The position numbers and the translations under genes were made by a program. Below the pieces are notes generated by a model, which worked only from the letters and a program-made list of their open reading frames with translations, had not been told where the DNA came from and did no database searches. A stretch of 63,964 bases of DNA, counting the filler, from Basidioascus undulatus (Eukaryota), in assembly GCA_000826855.1 (NCBI GenBank). It is 4 parts of 4 records of this genome, joined end to end, with 100 filler letters (N's around TTAATTAATTAA, not from the genome) between each part and the next. Parts side by side here need not be neighbours in the genome. Positions count along the whole stretch, not along the records: positions 1 to 11,154 come from JTLS01001038.1; positions 11,255 to 42,834 come from JTLS01000104.1; 2 more parts are not named here. One strand, 5' to 3'. This document shows, piece after piece, positions 1-13,011 of this stretch (position 1 is its first letter; each line of letters starts with the position of its first letter).

Positions 1-492
1 CCCTCCGCCTCCGCCTCCGCCTCCTCCGCCCCCGCCGCCTCCTCCTGGTTCTCCGGCTGGCGCAACCGCCGGCGTACAGACCGAGAAAGCGCATACGGCG
101 CGCTGATGGGCAGTTTGGGGGACGACGATGATGGCGAGGCCGATGCGGAGTGGGAGGCCCGCGAGAGGGCGGAGCGAGAGCGCGCGGGACTGGCGCCTCC
201 TTCACCCCGCCCGCCGATTAGAAGCCCGAGTGTCCCGGTACCGGACGGGGCGGGTGCGAAGGAACCACAGCGCGCGGCGTCCACCCCCTTGCCCGAGCCC
301 AAGCCGTCGCCGCCACCCCCGCCCCCCGCGGCGAAGGACAAGCCTGCGCGGCAAATTGTGCGCACGGAGTCGCCGGAAGCACAGGAGGTCGGGGAGGAGA
401 AGGGGGAGATTGCGGAGGCAGGGAAGAAGGATAAGAATGAGAATGCTGCGGTGGATGGAGGGGACAAGAAGCAGGAGAAGGGCGAGGAGTAG
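1..492 (+). CDS. 3' end of an unknown gene (Pro/Glu/Lys-rich low-complexity C-terminus), 5' part outside the window
   Basis: Frame 1 is open from base 1 (PSASASASSAPAASSWFSGWRNRRR...) to TAG at 490-492, with GC3-rich codons. Confidence 0.65.
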   Translation, partial: PSASASASSAPAASSWFSGWRNRRRTDRESAYGALMGSLGDDDDGEADAEWEARERAERERAGLAPPSPRPPIRSPSVPVPDGAGAKEPQRAASTPLPEPKPSPPPPPPAAKDKPARQIVRTESPEAQEVGEEKGEIAEAGKKDKNENAAVDGGDKKQEKGEE

Positions 493-1109
493 GCATGCAT
501 CTGGGAAAGCGAGCCAATGCCCTGGAAAGCCCGTCTGCGCTACTGCTGAGGCTTGAGCTTGTGATAGGCTGTTTGGGAACGCACACTTGGCGACACACTG
601 TTCGGGGCTGCTATGCGCTCTACCTCGATGCATTGTGCGACAGCTACCTTGCTCAGGGTCAATGTCAGAACTCGAGGCATCACGCACCACGCTGCGTCAG
701 GCTGTGTGTCAATGTCTTCGTTTTTGCACAAAACCTGTATATAGAGTTCAACAGATGCAAAGATTGGGGGTTGCCGTCTAGCTGTGAGGGCAAAAGAAGG
801 GCTGCGTCATTCATCTCGACATGAAAGTCTCTCGGTCGAAGATACCTCGCTCGCCTCGGCCCACATCGACGTTGCTTGGATCTTCGGGCTTTGCTCGAAA
901 CGAGGTCAGTAGGAGAAAGGGTGCGCAAGGAATCTATGGGAAGTCTAATCATCGGCAGTCGGCTCTTAGGGGGGCTTTCAAGGACCGCGAGCGGCCAGCC
1001 GTGCAACCAACGGCTTTCGCCATTCGCCGTGGGCCTCTTGCTGTTCCCTCGTCCCACTGTGGCATTCGACACTCCACTACGGTATAACCTCCCGGGAGTT
1101 AAACCAAAC

Positions 1110-1149
1110 GGCCACAGGAGAAGGTGGGCCACAGGAGAAGGTGGGGCCA
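1110..1149. repeat. Short tandem duplication (GGCCACAGGAGAAGGTG x2)
   Basis: Direct 17-nt repeat visible in the sequence. Confidence 0.8.
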
Positions 1150-1580
1150 AGGAAAGCACGGCGCTCGACGCTGGACACGTACGCGATTCATATCAGTGTA
1201 GTCGCTTGTTTCTTGGGCAAACTCGAGACATGTATTGAGGATAAGTTGAGAAGTTCCGGTGAAGGCCGATTGAATTCTGGAAGTGTGTGTGCGTGTGCGT
1301 AGAGATTGCAATGGCCAAGGTAGCGCTGCCTTGACCCTCACAGAACGGTACTCGTTCCTCTCGAGCTGCAGCCTGGTTTTCGCCGCTACTCTCGGTTTAT
1401 TTTCATCTTTACTATCTGCCTTTTGAGCAAAATACATATGACGGTCCGAGAGCGAGTCCTCGAATGTCGCAAGCTTGCGGAACCGCATTTATGTGAGCGA
1501 GAGAAGCGCGACAGTGAGTAAAATAGGAAACCACCCCCAGCATCCTAGCCGTTGCTAGTCCTCAGCCCTAACAACGTGCT

Positions 1581-2505
1581 TCAAAGAAACGCGGCCTTGC
1601 TCGGAGTCCCAGACCGTGCCGTCCAGCAACGTCCAGAGAGTCCATTCTGCGGTGGAGGGCCATGAAAGGGGTAGAGAGTTGTCCTTGAGCACATAGACAT
1701 AGAGATCTCTGCGCACCATTCCCTTGTTAACGTGCGGAGCTCGCGCAGCCGATGCGCCATCAAAGGTGTCCGAATTGGGAACATAAGGACGATGCGTCGC
1801 AAAGCGGGAAGATCACAGATGCTGGAGACTATGGCGGGCTTTCATACGAAGCCGAGGATGAGGTGTGTAAGTAAACGGAACTTGCCGATGGCGGTGGTGA
1901 GAGCGGCAGTCGGGGACGTGCACCAGAGGAAGAGCCGTTTAAGGCCACTCGAAAAAGACGCAAGAGCGTTCACGAGACGTGTCCTCGATGTCCGCGGGAA
2001 GAATGTCCAGCTCTGGTGTAATTATGGCGACTTCTTCCAGAGCGAGGTTGGTGAGTGCTGTCAAGAAGCGGTCGGGCAGAGGATCCCACGGTGGAGAAGT
2101 GACGTTGAACCTCCTCGACAGAATATGCACCGAGCTGGTGTTGATGACGAGGCGGCGCAAGCTGGAACGCGCGGAGTGAAGCAAGTCGATGAGTGGCTCA
2201 ATGTCGCAGTCCCACGCGAGGTTGAAGTCGCCCAGCGAAAGGGACTCCACGAAGCAAAGCTCGGTAGACGAAGCGAGCCGAACAACGGACGAGACGGCCT
2301 GAGGCATAAAGTGCGAGTGCGCGCCGACGCGATGCGTCCGGTAAAGAAGAGGAAGAGTGATCTCCTGGACCTCGCGAGAGACAAGAGTCAGCCTCGTGAG
2401 GGCTTTGAGGACATCAGGACCGTGGCCGTAAACCAGCCGGTGCAAGGGTTCGGCGAGGATTGCGACCACATGCGCGACGATATCGAGAGGGATGTAACCC
2501 GGCAT
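1581..2505 (-). pseudogene. F-box/LRR-like gene disrupted by stops
   Basis: N-terminus MPGYIPLDIVAHVVAIL...LTLVSREVQEITLPLLY is F-box-like and is followed by LRR-like LxxLxL repeats. In-frame TAA at 1939 and TGA near 1843; LRR-like sequence (LLTHLILG, LPALRRIVL) continues after them. Confidence 0.5.
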
Positions 2506-4559
2506 GGCCCAGCATCCAGCGTGCGAGTCAGTGCGAAGGTGTAGCGGTCAGAGGTACCAAGGGAAGTTGAGTAGAATATTGGTGGTGATGGTGAGAGAGA
2601 AGGAGACGAGAAGATAAGAGTGGCTGTGCCAGGCTGCCCGCGTTACAGGTGAGGCGGGCACAGGGAAACGATATGGTGTACAGCTAAGTACAACGGCCTC
2701 AATTTCGTCTTGCTTTCTGAAAAACAATTTGAAGTCATAAGTTGTACAGTAAAACAGCCTGACAGGCGGTTCGAGCAACGTTTGTCTCGGCGAGATGTCG
2801 GGGAAAGAAGGAGGAGAGTACGCTAGGGAACGCAAGCAAGGTTGTCCCTGTAGAAGTTGTGAATATATCCCTGCTTAAATACTCCCGTAGTTCAGCTACC
2901 GATCAAGCCCGGCTCCCAGACAGCAACTGCAGCAGCCAGGACGGCTGCTTTCACGTCCTCCACGTCCGACTAAAGAGTCGTATGCACCCAAGCGGTTCAG
3001 TGTTGAGATGTAGTTCTTCAGATATGTTTCGGCAGTCTCATAAAACAGAAAATTATGTTGCAGCTTACCCAACAGGCTCTTTCATGTTCGCTGGCGCTGG
3101 CCTCGTCGCCCTTCTGTCGCATTGCCACGGTCCATTTGCTGCCCATCGCACAAGCCACTGCTCTGAAGGTCAGGCAGAAATTACAGCTCTTATGAATTTC
3201 ATGGTTCACATACAAGGATGGAAGTTCAAGTTTGAGCTCTGAGACAGGTAGTGAACAAAATATATCTATGCGGCAATGAAAGAAGGACGTGGAGAGCCGT
3301 GATCTTTGTTACCTCGGTCTCAAGTTGCACAACCAAATAGTAATCTGTTCAATGTTTCTACTCTTCAATAGCGGGCACAAGAATGTGACCGGTGTCTTCC
3401 CCGCGTACAAGCGAGGCGAAGAGAAGACGTTCCAGATTGGTTCGGATGTCCTTGTATTCTACCGCCTAAACATGAGGAACATTTTAGTGCACTCTGTTTG
3501 TTACACCCTTTCTCCCATTACACGTTCCCCCATTCTTAAGGGGCAGGACTTCAGCGATCTCGGTTTTCTGCCTGCTGCCTCATCCCAAGGACGCAAGGCA
3601 GTCTTGTAAAAGCACTGCCTAGGCAGCGCAGATCACAGCGGAATTGGAAGTCAGCTCTCAGAGGTATTCAAGGCGAGCCAAGCGCTTTCAGTTGTTGAAA
3701 AACGCAAACACTTGTGACTTAACTTTTTTGCCCGTTCTTCCTTTTAGTCAATCTCACGATTCGCTCCGGGAATCTATCACTGTGACACAGGTTGAGGCCA
3801 GTTGAGGACGGCGCGCGCAAGAGACTGTCACACGCATGCATTCAGCACCTCATGTGGTGTGAGGCACATGAAAGGCTGCCAGAAGCATGTTTTGGACCAC
3901 GTTTCTTATGAGGAACTACAACTACAAAGGAAAACTGGGATTGGCGGGTCGGGCGAACACTGGCAAGGAAAGAAGATGGAGAGAAAGGCAAACGAGAGTG
4001 AGGTGCATGAGGACACTGGACAAAGAGAATGTGACACATGTTAACACCATATCCACGTCCCGCAGCAATGAGTTTCAGACGTTGTTATATGACCGCTGCT
4101 CGGCGGACGCCAGTTGTGTCTTGGGAGTGCAGTGACTGGTCGTCCTCCTTGTCGGATAGGTTCTCTTTCGGCCCTGAAGAGGAAAACTGCTCCTGTTATG
4201 ACGAAGGCGAGACGAAGCGTAAGAAACAACTATTTCAATCCGGAAAGCAGCCCGGCGGGCCGTTCGGAGGTTGACAGAGATTTCGGGGGCTTGCCGGTGG
4301 TTGCCGCGTTGCGTGCCTCCGATTGTAACGCGACCAAAGGTAGCTAGGAATGGGCCTGAGAGGTATCGAGTGAGCATGTCTTGTTCTGGTCAATTTTGGT
4401 TGAGGAAATGTTACCTCCGTGAGCTTTGCTCGGAAGCGGAAACGTTCGTAAAGGACGTCAGCCGCTGGAGCACTCGACATGCTGCCATGGAGCTGTTAAG
4501 GGTGGTAGGCGATGAGAGGCAGGATCAAGGGATTGGATGTACAGCCTATTGAGCTCACC

Positions 4560-6030
4560 TGTTGACAACCGAGGGGCTAGACAACACTACGTTCATGCGG
4601 TCATTGAGCTGTAGCTGGGCAATGACCTTGGATGGGAAGGAAGACGGTGCGTCTGTCAGCGCTGTATCTTCCCTCGATAAGGATGGATTCTGGAACAGTG
4701 GCACTTACAGAATGATGAGAGATGATATTGATGGTTGTAGACAACACAAAGAAGATAATGCCGTCTCTGAAGAGCAAATCGGACAGGCCTGGTCACCGCA
4801 CTCGGTCAGCGCATCGAAATAGAGAGAGACGGAGTAGCGCGGTAGTGCAGCTGAAAAGTCAAAGCGTACCAGAGCCAGATGCGAAGTCGCGCAGGTGCCA
4901 AAGACGAGTGGCGGAGAGGATGAGCACCAGACCATCCAGTCCCATTGCTGTGCAGAGCTGGTGCGCCGTGTCAGTACCGCGGTAGCACTGAGCCTGCGGA
5001 GAACACTTACTGTAGTAGGAATTGCTCTTCCGGCAGCAATTAGAACAGCTCATTTGCCAGAGGAATGCGCAAGACTTACTGGTAAGCACTCGACATTTTG
5101 CCAACGCTTCCCACAACACACGCCTGCGCTGCATCGTTCCAGACAGCAAGATTTGCGGCGACGTCTGAGCGGTGTTCAAAACCAGAGGTCATAGTGTTTG
5201 AAAGTGGGTTGGAGGAAGACAAAAAGCGAGAACACTTACATCGTATCCAGATAGCACATTAACCGCACGAGATGAGGGCCAACAGACAGACAATCCACCA
5301 ACGCAAACGCCAGATAGCACCACACCTTTTCCAAGTTGCCGTCAGCGTTGGATAAGTAAAATCTATGGATTCAATATCAGCCATGTAGTGCGTTTCTGAC
5401 CTCAGGACCAAGATCATCGAAGGACGTCCAGATGCTACCAAAAATGTTCAGCCGATCAGAATCTGCGTTTGAGGTTCCACACGGTGATGACGCCGTACCA
5501 AGTACCACCGGAGAACTGTACAGCCAGAAGCATCCATTCATTGGAAGGATTTAGGAAATCCCCAGGAGCCAATGCTCACGACTGCTATCTGGATAAGCCC
5601 CTTGCACCCTGCAAGCTTGGGCTTCTCGCTCATCGTAAAGACGGCAACGACGGTGGTAGTCAGACAGCTCCCGCGGCAATAGAAGTACACCAGCTAGATG
5701 ATGAAAAAGTAAATTACTACCTTTTTTTCTGTCGTAAAAGGAGAAAAATTATGCGCACCATAGGTCACTTCCAGGCCCGCTTGCCGGTGAAGATAGCCCA
5801 ATCGAAAGGCAAGGTCAGGGCGGCTGTGTCCGACAATATCAGTTCAAGCAGGTTCATGGACGTAATAAATAGGACTTCCTACAGTCGCATGCCTGCGAGC
5901 GTTGGAAAAACAAGGTATATGCAGGTTGGAGAGGTATTGAAGTGAGAAAGGAGGGGGCCTTACAACAATACCCAGCATGATGTATTTGACGACCACTGTA
6001 CTCAGCAGATCAACGATGTGTTCTCCTGAG
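4560..6030 (-). pseudogene. DUF6533-like multi-pass membrane protein, degraded
   Basis: Spliced pieces LTLPFDWAIFTGKRAWK*PM, LVYFYCR, RCGAIWRLRWWIVCLL and GLSDLLFRDGIIFFVLSTTINII resemble the basidiomycete DUF6533 family. TGA at 5765-5767 sits where Trp is expected. Boundaries approximate. Confidence 0.5.
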
Positions 6031-7673
6031 CGTGTAGTGTAAAAGTGAGGGATCTAACGCACATCCATCCCTGCTGTATCGGCCTGTCTGTTGCATGTCT
6101 CGAACTTGCTTTCAGTCAGGGATCTCTGGCTCTTCGGTAAGTGTGGCAACATGCGAAGTCCAGTCCACTGCGCGAGCAAGGGGAGCGTGAGGACTCGAGA
6201 GAATCGCCGGCTGACTGTGGTCTCAAGATGATTGTTGGAGCTGGTGGACCAAGGTTGAGCGATTCGAGAGAAGTCTTGAGGGCGAGCCGTCCAGCAAATC
6301 CAGGGCGAGGACTCCACGCGCGCATACATGCCTGGCGAGCGGCGGCAGTCGCGAAATTGAGGACGGCGCTTGCGGGATAGTCAGTGGCATTGCCACGAAC
6401 ATGGGCTCAGGGTCTTAAAACGCGGCTCCGACAGAAGGAACAAGAGGCTCTCAAGCATATCTAGTGAGACGAGCCGTTCTCTTTCGCCGTAGTGCCGATG
6501 AACTCACAGGAAGGGAACAGTCAGACCGAGGGTTATGTGGTGATTCGCGAGCCGTGGCAACGCGAGCATGTCGTTCGCTTCATCGGGCATTCCGTTGGTG
6601 CGTACCAGTCATGAAGAGCGCTCATGGCATGCGAACCGACATCGTTGAGACTGGGCTCATCGGAGTACCTCAGAAAGTGGACCCATGATACAGCAAACCA
6701 GCAAATGTAGGTGATCAGTGTGTTGTTGAAAAGGAAGGACTTCGCGGTGGCAATCGGCGGCTGCACAGTTGTCTACCTGGTTTGCCACCCGGAGTACCGG
6801 CAGGCACTGCTCGACCGCCAGCAGAAGCATCTCTGGCCTGTTATCTCGTTCGACGCCAAGGACCAGGACCGAATGCGCTGGCACGACACGCCTGACCACA
6901 CTAGACTGGAGCTCGCTGAGGTAGCCGGCGTGCAACCGAACCAGAAAGATCGCAATTTCGCTAAGGATTACGGGTCGGATGCGTAAGGGCCAGCTGCTGC
7001 GCTGTCGATATCTGCGACGGTTCAGTCTGGCCTGGGCCCACGACGTCTAGTACACACCCGTTTTCAACCGTGACCGCGGCTTACTTTATTGAGTGACACT
7101 AGCTTCTGGCTAGTATGGCCAACGTGGCGCTGGCTGGACGCCAGGCAGCGCTGTACAGCATAGTGCCAGAATCGCACTGATAATTGCCAGGCCTATTAGC
7201 AGGAGTGCCCAACTCTACAGAGACTACACGAGAGCCCTTGCCAACAGCGCAAGTGAAGCCATAGTCCATACCGGGCGGACTGTCAGACCATAACTGGTTG
7301 CACAGCCCGCCTGTTTTGTACACTTGTAACCGACGGAGTTTACCTGCCACTACGATCGTCGCCGTTGCTTGAGTACTCTGGCACAGCGCTGGTACTCACC
7401 TGGCTTGACGTGGTCCGAGACATCGTTAGACGATATGGTGTCAAACAGCTGCGGTAACTTTTACGCCGATCGTGATCGAAGCAGTATCGCTTGAGAAATA
7501 CCTGGCCTGACTGTCAGACACCGGATGCAACTCCCTGCGGACTGCTTCGCTTCCCTTGCTGCTTCAAAAAGCGGAGGAGGAGAGAAAAAAACAAAAAGCC
7601 GGGGGAGGAGACAATGGCCGACTCGACATGTAGTAATACCACAGCTTACTATTATCCTTTAAAGGGAAAGACG

Positions 7674-9907
7674 CTAGGTAGACTGGATGCATCGTGGTCT
7701 ACCCAGCAGATAATGGCTGAACTGACTAGACTGCTGACTCGTGGCGTTGACCGAGCAGTCAAAGCTGTATTGTGAGACAATGGTGGGCTCGACAAGTACT
7801 GATGCCAGGAGACTCCAGGCCGCTGCAGTCAGTCGATTGACTACTGAGCGAATAGCAGCAGGAACGCGACCACCAGGAGCCCTGCTTTTTGTACGCCTTT
7901 TCCTCTTGCAGGAGTCCTTCTTGTTTGAAGAGAGAGCGATGGCTTCTTCTCCCCCCTCCGCTCTTGGACCGTAAGCGGCCATTGTGCGCGCTGGCTTCCG
8001 CTGGCCGACTCGACGGTACACACAAGTGCACTGCGGCGTAGAAGAGCTCGAGATCCTGTACTTTAGTCAGCATCAAAAGAGATCAGGATAAAGGACATCA
8101 TGGACCCGTTAAAGATCTACTCGTCCAGCCAGTCACCCAACACCTTCTCCACACACTCCGAGAATACCCTCCCATCCTCCCCACTTCGCACTGCAAAGCG
8201 CAGAAATCGTGACCCATCCCGCTTCTTGTTCCTGAGCGTGATTGTACGCAGCGTCCGGCATTTCGCGGCAAGCGTAGCCGAGATTGTCTCGGGCTCCGAA
8301 GGTAGGTCACCCTCCTCACAAATGTCGAGCTCGGTGAGGAACGGGAACATCACGAGTTTATCGGCGAGCGCCTTTGCCGAGGACTGCATAAAAAGAACGG
8401 TCAAGGGATCTGATGAAACTATTAAAAAATGTCGTTCAATAAGGAGCAACTCACAAGCTCGGTTCCTATCTTCATCCCCCAGTCCGCCACACAGGAAACA
8501 TGGAGCCTTTCGAGTTGCGGGCAAGCTGCTGCGATTCGCTCGAAGACTGGGCGGTCCGTGTCCGGAACACGACTGTCATCCTTGAGTGCGAAGTCGATTT
8601 CAAGCGCGAGGAGGTTCGGTGCGAGGGCCAGAGCGTTGCTGAGGCTGTCGACGAGACGCAGCCGGAACGTATCCCAGTCGTTGTTGCCGTCTTCGTTGCC
8701 GAGATCGTCGAGCGCGCCGATCACGATGACCTCTCTCAGCGCGTCCCTCTGAGCGCCGTCCTCGAACAGCGCCTCGACGTTCTCGCGCACGCTCTCGATG
8801 CGCTCGAGCGCGGGCAGCGTGCCCGGAGCGAGACCAACGAGCGGGACGGTCCGCTCAGTGAGAACCTCGTTCTCGGGCGAAGCGGTTATGCGGAGCCGGC
8901 GAAGAGTAGGGTGGGCCGCAAAGAACTCCTGTGCTGACTTCGCAGGCCCGAACTGCTTCGAAGACGAGTCGTCCCACTCCGCGTCGCTGCATTCGCAGCC
9001 CTCGAGCGTGAGCTCCGCGAGCGCCGGCCAGCGGGCGGAGAGGAAGAGCGACGTGATGCTCGCTGCGTCAGGATTGGCGTACGACAACTTGTCGAAGTGG
9101 ACACAGAGCGTGAGGTGCGTGAGATGGACGTTGGCGGTGAGGAAGTCGAAGAGAGAGGTTGTGTACGGGTCCTCGTCGCCATGAACATACCCTGTGCATG
9201 TTCCGAAATATTAGGGTTCCCAGCTCTGGAAATAGGTGGTATCACACGAGAACTTCACCTTCATGCATGTGCTCTTGGGTGGTGATGGAGATCCGCTGCA
9301 AGTTCCGGAGCCGGTACAGCTGCGCAAAGCGACGACTCCCGAGTTTCAGTAAGCGTGACTGCATGCAAATACAATTCAGTGAGACTCACGGAGTTGGCCC
9401 TCCCGTCCTCCAGCAATTCCATCGCCAGACCCGTCACCTCGACTGCCTCGAGATTCGGAACCCTTCTGTGAGCTCCTCCCAGACGGCGTTGTCCTTGAGG
9501 GACTCCGCCGGCTCAGGCCAGCCGTAGTTTCCTTCCCTCTGACTCTTCTCCTCGTGGTACGACCACCCGAAGCTCCTCAGCCGTGAGCGCAGCTCCGGCA
9601 GGCGCAGGAGCTAGAGGACGGGCGTATTCACGCTCGCGTCCTCGTCAACCTGGGCGCCCACGAGGTGGAGATGCTCGACATGCGCGGCGACGTCGGGATG
9701 CAAAAGGAGATATTGGCAGATTGTGCGGGAGCGTTCGAGCGTCAGCTGCGGGATCGAGCGGTACAGTACTGGGAGGGCGAGATGATCGAGGGGAGAAGAC
9801 GTCCGGCAGAGGGCGGCGACTGTCGAGCGAGGGGCAAAATGCAGAATGCGGCGCCAGAGCTCGGGAGGGAGTGCTGGGAGGCCTAGACGGCGGTCCTGCG
9901 ATGGCAT
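7674..9907 (-). CDS. F-box / leucine-rich-repeat protein (multi-exon)
   Basis: MPSQDRRLGLPALPPELWRRILHFAPRSTVAALCRTS...ALPVLY is an F-box motif; downstream LRR-type repeats WPALAELTL, HPTLRRLRI, LPALERI, CPQLERLHV, FPFLTELDI. 3' end approximate. Confidence 0.7.
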
Positions 9908-10577
9908 TCCCACTGACTTCGTCGTGGGAGCTGCGCTACTGAATGCTCGAGTGGGGAGAGAACAAGAGGGCAGGTCTCCTTTTTCTCCATCCATCAGTCC
10001 TCTCACAGCCTCGTGTGTCTTGCCTATCAGGCACAGACCCCCACCTCATACAAGTACTTTCAGAACGCAAGGTTCATGGTGGGCATCCATATTGCCCCGC
10101 ATTCATTTAATACCGTATATAGGTAAGAGAACTCCCGGAAAGTGTCAAGCAACGCCAGGTGAACCGATAAAAGACCACATGAAACAAATAACTTGAAAGC
10201 GTTGCGCTGCCGTAGTTGTCGTCTTCTGTTTCCCAATCATTATTCCTTGGGTCCGCGACCACCCAAGGCTACGCGTTACTCGTCAATACCACTTCAACTT
10301 CGGTTATTGTTGCCACCCATGATGTCGTGTACGGACCATCGCAAGGGGCACCAGAAGCCGTCAAAGGACTGCAGGGGTGAAAGCGGCGCTCGCCGCTGCG
10401 CAGACACGCAGTGCACGCACACTTATCAGGCTTCAGAGAATGTAGCATGATACCCGAAGGCGGCAAAGAACTGGCGTGTTGACAAGAAAAGAGACACCGC
10501 GTGTACATGAACCTCCAACTGCTCCGCCCTCATCCCTACAGTTCCCTATATACATCACCTCCTCTCCGGCCCGCACA

Positions 10578-11154
10578 CTAAGCCCCCGGCGGCTGCTGCT
10601 GCTTCTGCAGCAGTGCCAACAGCGCCTGCACAGCGTCTCCTCCTCCTGCCTGTGCCTGGTGCTGTGCCTGCGCAGGCGGGGGCGCAGGCACAGCCGCAGG
10701 CGGAGGGCGGAGGCGCGGGTCGGTCGTCGCCGGTGCGGGTGCGGCTGTTGGGGGCGTCGCGCTGCCGTAGGGCGCTGCGTATTGGTACGACGCGTACGGG
10801 TTCGTCGGCGTGTGCGTGTGCGAAGCGGTCGGGGTGGGCGTCCCCCCGCCTGCGGGCGGCGTGGAGGCTGAGGGCGCGGTGGGCTTGAGGGCGGCGAGGA
10901 GCTGCGCGGGTGGGGAGGGGAGATGTTAAGTACGAGTTGCGATGGGAGGGGGAAGAAGAGAATGTGAGTGGACCAAGACGAACCTGCTGCACTTTCTGCG
11001 CCTGCTCCAGCCGAGCTTGCGCGGCCTTCATCACGCATCGGTACCAAAGCGTCAGCGACCATTCCACACGGCTTAACTCTGTCCCCGTCGTTGAAAGAAA
11101 CGCACCGGATCAATAGGCGGCGCAGCAGCAGCCTGCGACGTCGCCGGCTGCGGG
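10578..11154 (-). CDS. 3' end of an unknown gene (Pro/Ala/Gln-rich tail), truncated by the contig break
   Basis: Exon ...LSRVEWSLTLWYRCVMKAAQARLEQAQKVQQ, a GT-AG intron, then LLAALKPTAPS...AVQALLALLQKQQQPPGA with TAG at 10578. Confidence 0.6.
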
Positions 11155-11254
11155 NNNNNNNNNNNNNNNNNNNNNNNNNNNNNNNNNNNNNNNNNNNNTT
11201 AATTAATTAANNNNNNNNNNNNNNNNNNNNNNNNNNNNNNNNNNNNNNNNNNNN
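11155..11254. other. Artificial contig spacer
   Basis: 44 N + TTAATTAATTAA (stops in all six frames) + 44 N. Confidence 0.97.
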
Positions 11255-11913
11255 CAGGGGAGAGGGACCTCTCCTTCTCTGCTCGCGGAGGGCGTGGCGC
11301 ACTCTCAAGCGCCGCCTCCGCGTGTGCGACGGCGTCTGCCGCGCCTGGCTACTAGCCGAGTCGCTGCTGCGTTTGCTGGGGACGCTGCTGCTGCTGTTCT
11401 GGGGCGTGGACGGGATGACGCCCGGCGTAGGATGGACGACGTACGCCGGGTTTGGGGGGTTTGGGGGTTCGGACGTGGTTTGAGGCGTGGGGAGCGGGAG
11501 GGCGGGGAGGTCGACGGGGATGAGGATGGGGGAAGAGCCGGGGAGGGCGATGAGGTTCGAGGATGAGGCGGCTAGGTGCGTTGTCGGTGGTGGGCGTGCT
11601 CGAGCGGGGGTCTCGAGAGGTGCGGATGCAAAGGGGCTGGGGGAAGACGGGCTTGCTGCTCATCTGCGTTGATTTCGAGGACTGCATGGACGATGCGCGC
11701 AGCGTCCGATAGTCCATTCCCGCCATTACCCCCGGTCTTGTCCGGCCACGGCCCCTCCCCACCCTCACCGCTCTCCCTCGCTCGCGCTCTGGAAGATAGC
11801 AGCGAGGTCGCCTCATCCTTGCCCTCGCCCTCGTGCGCGGGCGCTGGGATGCGCCAGAGCGAGGGGAGGTACGACTTGAAGAGCGTGTCGAGTTTGTCTG
11901 TAACACCAGCCAT
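11255..11913 (-). CDS. 5' part of an unknown Ser/Pro-rich protein, running into the contig break
   Basis: ATG at 11913 (MAGVTDKLDTLFKSYLPSLW...); GC3-rich frame ASSSNLIALPGSSPILIPVDLP... to the gap. The model needs a GC-AG intron and a 1-nt shift. Confidence 0.5.
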
Positions 11914-12127
11914 CCTCGCGGGGCAAAATACGACTACTAGGCGAGCAAAGGCAAGAGAGAGAACGACGCGGGCGGGCGAGGTAGAGCAAAGAGCAAGGAA
12001 AGAAGGCGCCTGCAAGAAGCCCGAGGCCGGATGCAATCGAGGCCCGACCCGGACACGTCGCAGCTGCGTGCTCTTCCTCCTTTCCTTTCCTCCAATTCAC
12101 TGATACCACCCCAATCACTCACTCACT

Positions 12128-13011
12128 ATGCGCCTCTCCCTCTCCCCGCTCCTCCTCCTCAGCGCCTGCGCGTCCCTCGCCCTCGCCGCAGGCCCCCGCT
12201 CCGGCACGCCCCCCTCGTCCCTCACCATCGGCGTAAAGCACAAGTCGGACGACTGCTATGCCACCGCGCAGAAGGGCGACAAGCTCTCTATGCACTACGT
12301 CCGTCTCGTCCTCCCCAGCCCTCCTTCTTCCCTCCTACTTCTTTCCCTCTTCTGCTCTTTTGGGGTGAGGACAGGACGACTGACTGGAAGGGAAGAACAG
12401 ACCGGCACGCTGTGGTCCACTGGCGAAGTTTTCGACTCGAGTGTGACGAGGGGAACGCCGTTCGAGTTCACTGTGCGTCCCCCAACATCACCCCTCCTCC
12501 CCATCAAGCGGCTCACTCCCCACATCCTCCAGCTCGGCCGGGGACAGGTGATCAAGGGCTGGGACCAGGGGCTGCTCGGGTGCGTCCTTTTCCCTCCCCT
12601 TATGCCCACCCAAACATCTCTCCTCTCCCATTCCAACCCGTCCTACATCCTGAGTCCGCCTGCTTTGTGCCGCACCAGCATGTGCGTGGGCGAGAAGCGG
12701 CGCCTCACCATCCCCCCGTCCCTCGGCTACGGTGCGCTCCCTTTCCTCCTCCCCGCTCTTTTCCCGTGCCCGAACCATAACGAACTTACTCCACTTGCTC
12801 CTCGATAGGCGACCGCGGCGCGGGCGGGAAGATCCCCGGCGGGGCGACGCTCGTGTTCGACGTGGAACTGCTGAGCGGCGCGACGGGTGCGTTCTCTTCT
12901 GGACGTGTAACTTTTCGCCTGTGGGACTGTCCGCTGATGCGAGGGGGAGGTGGGGTGGATAAATTGGTAGGGCCGGGGCAGGAGAAGGAGAAGGCGAAGG
13001 AGGAGCTTTGA
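12128..13011 (+). CDS. FPR2: ER-lumenal FKBP-type peptidyl-prolyl cis-trans isomerase (FKBP13/Fpr2-like)
   Basis: Signal peptide; KGDKLSMHY-TGTL...[66 protein letters not shown] across 6 exons; C-terminal KEEL ER-retention-like signal. Confidence 0.93.

Noticed and set aside
11155..11254. TTAATTAATTAA palindrome flanked by Ns, repeated three times in the window
   Set aside because: Identical 44N-12-44N layout with stops in all six frames; an artificial contig linker, not a biological repeat or CRISPR-like array
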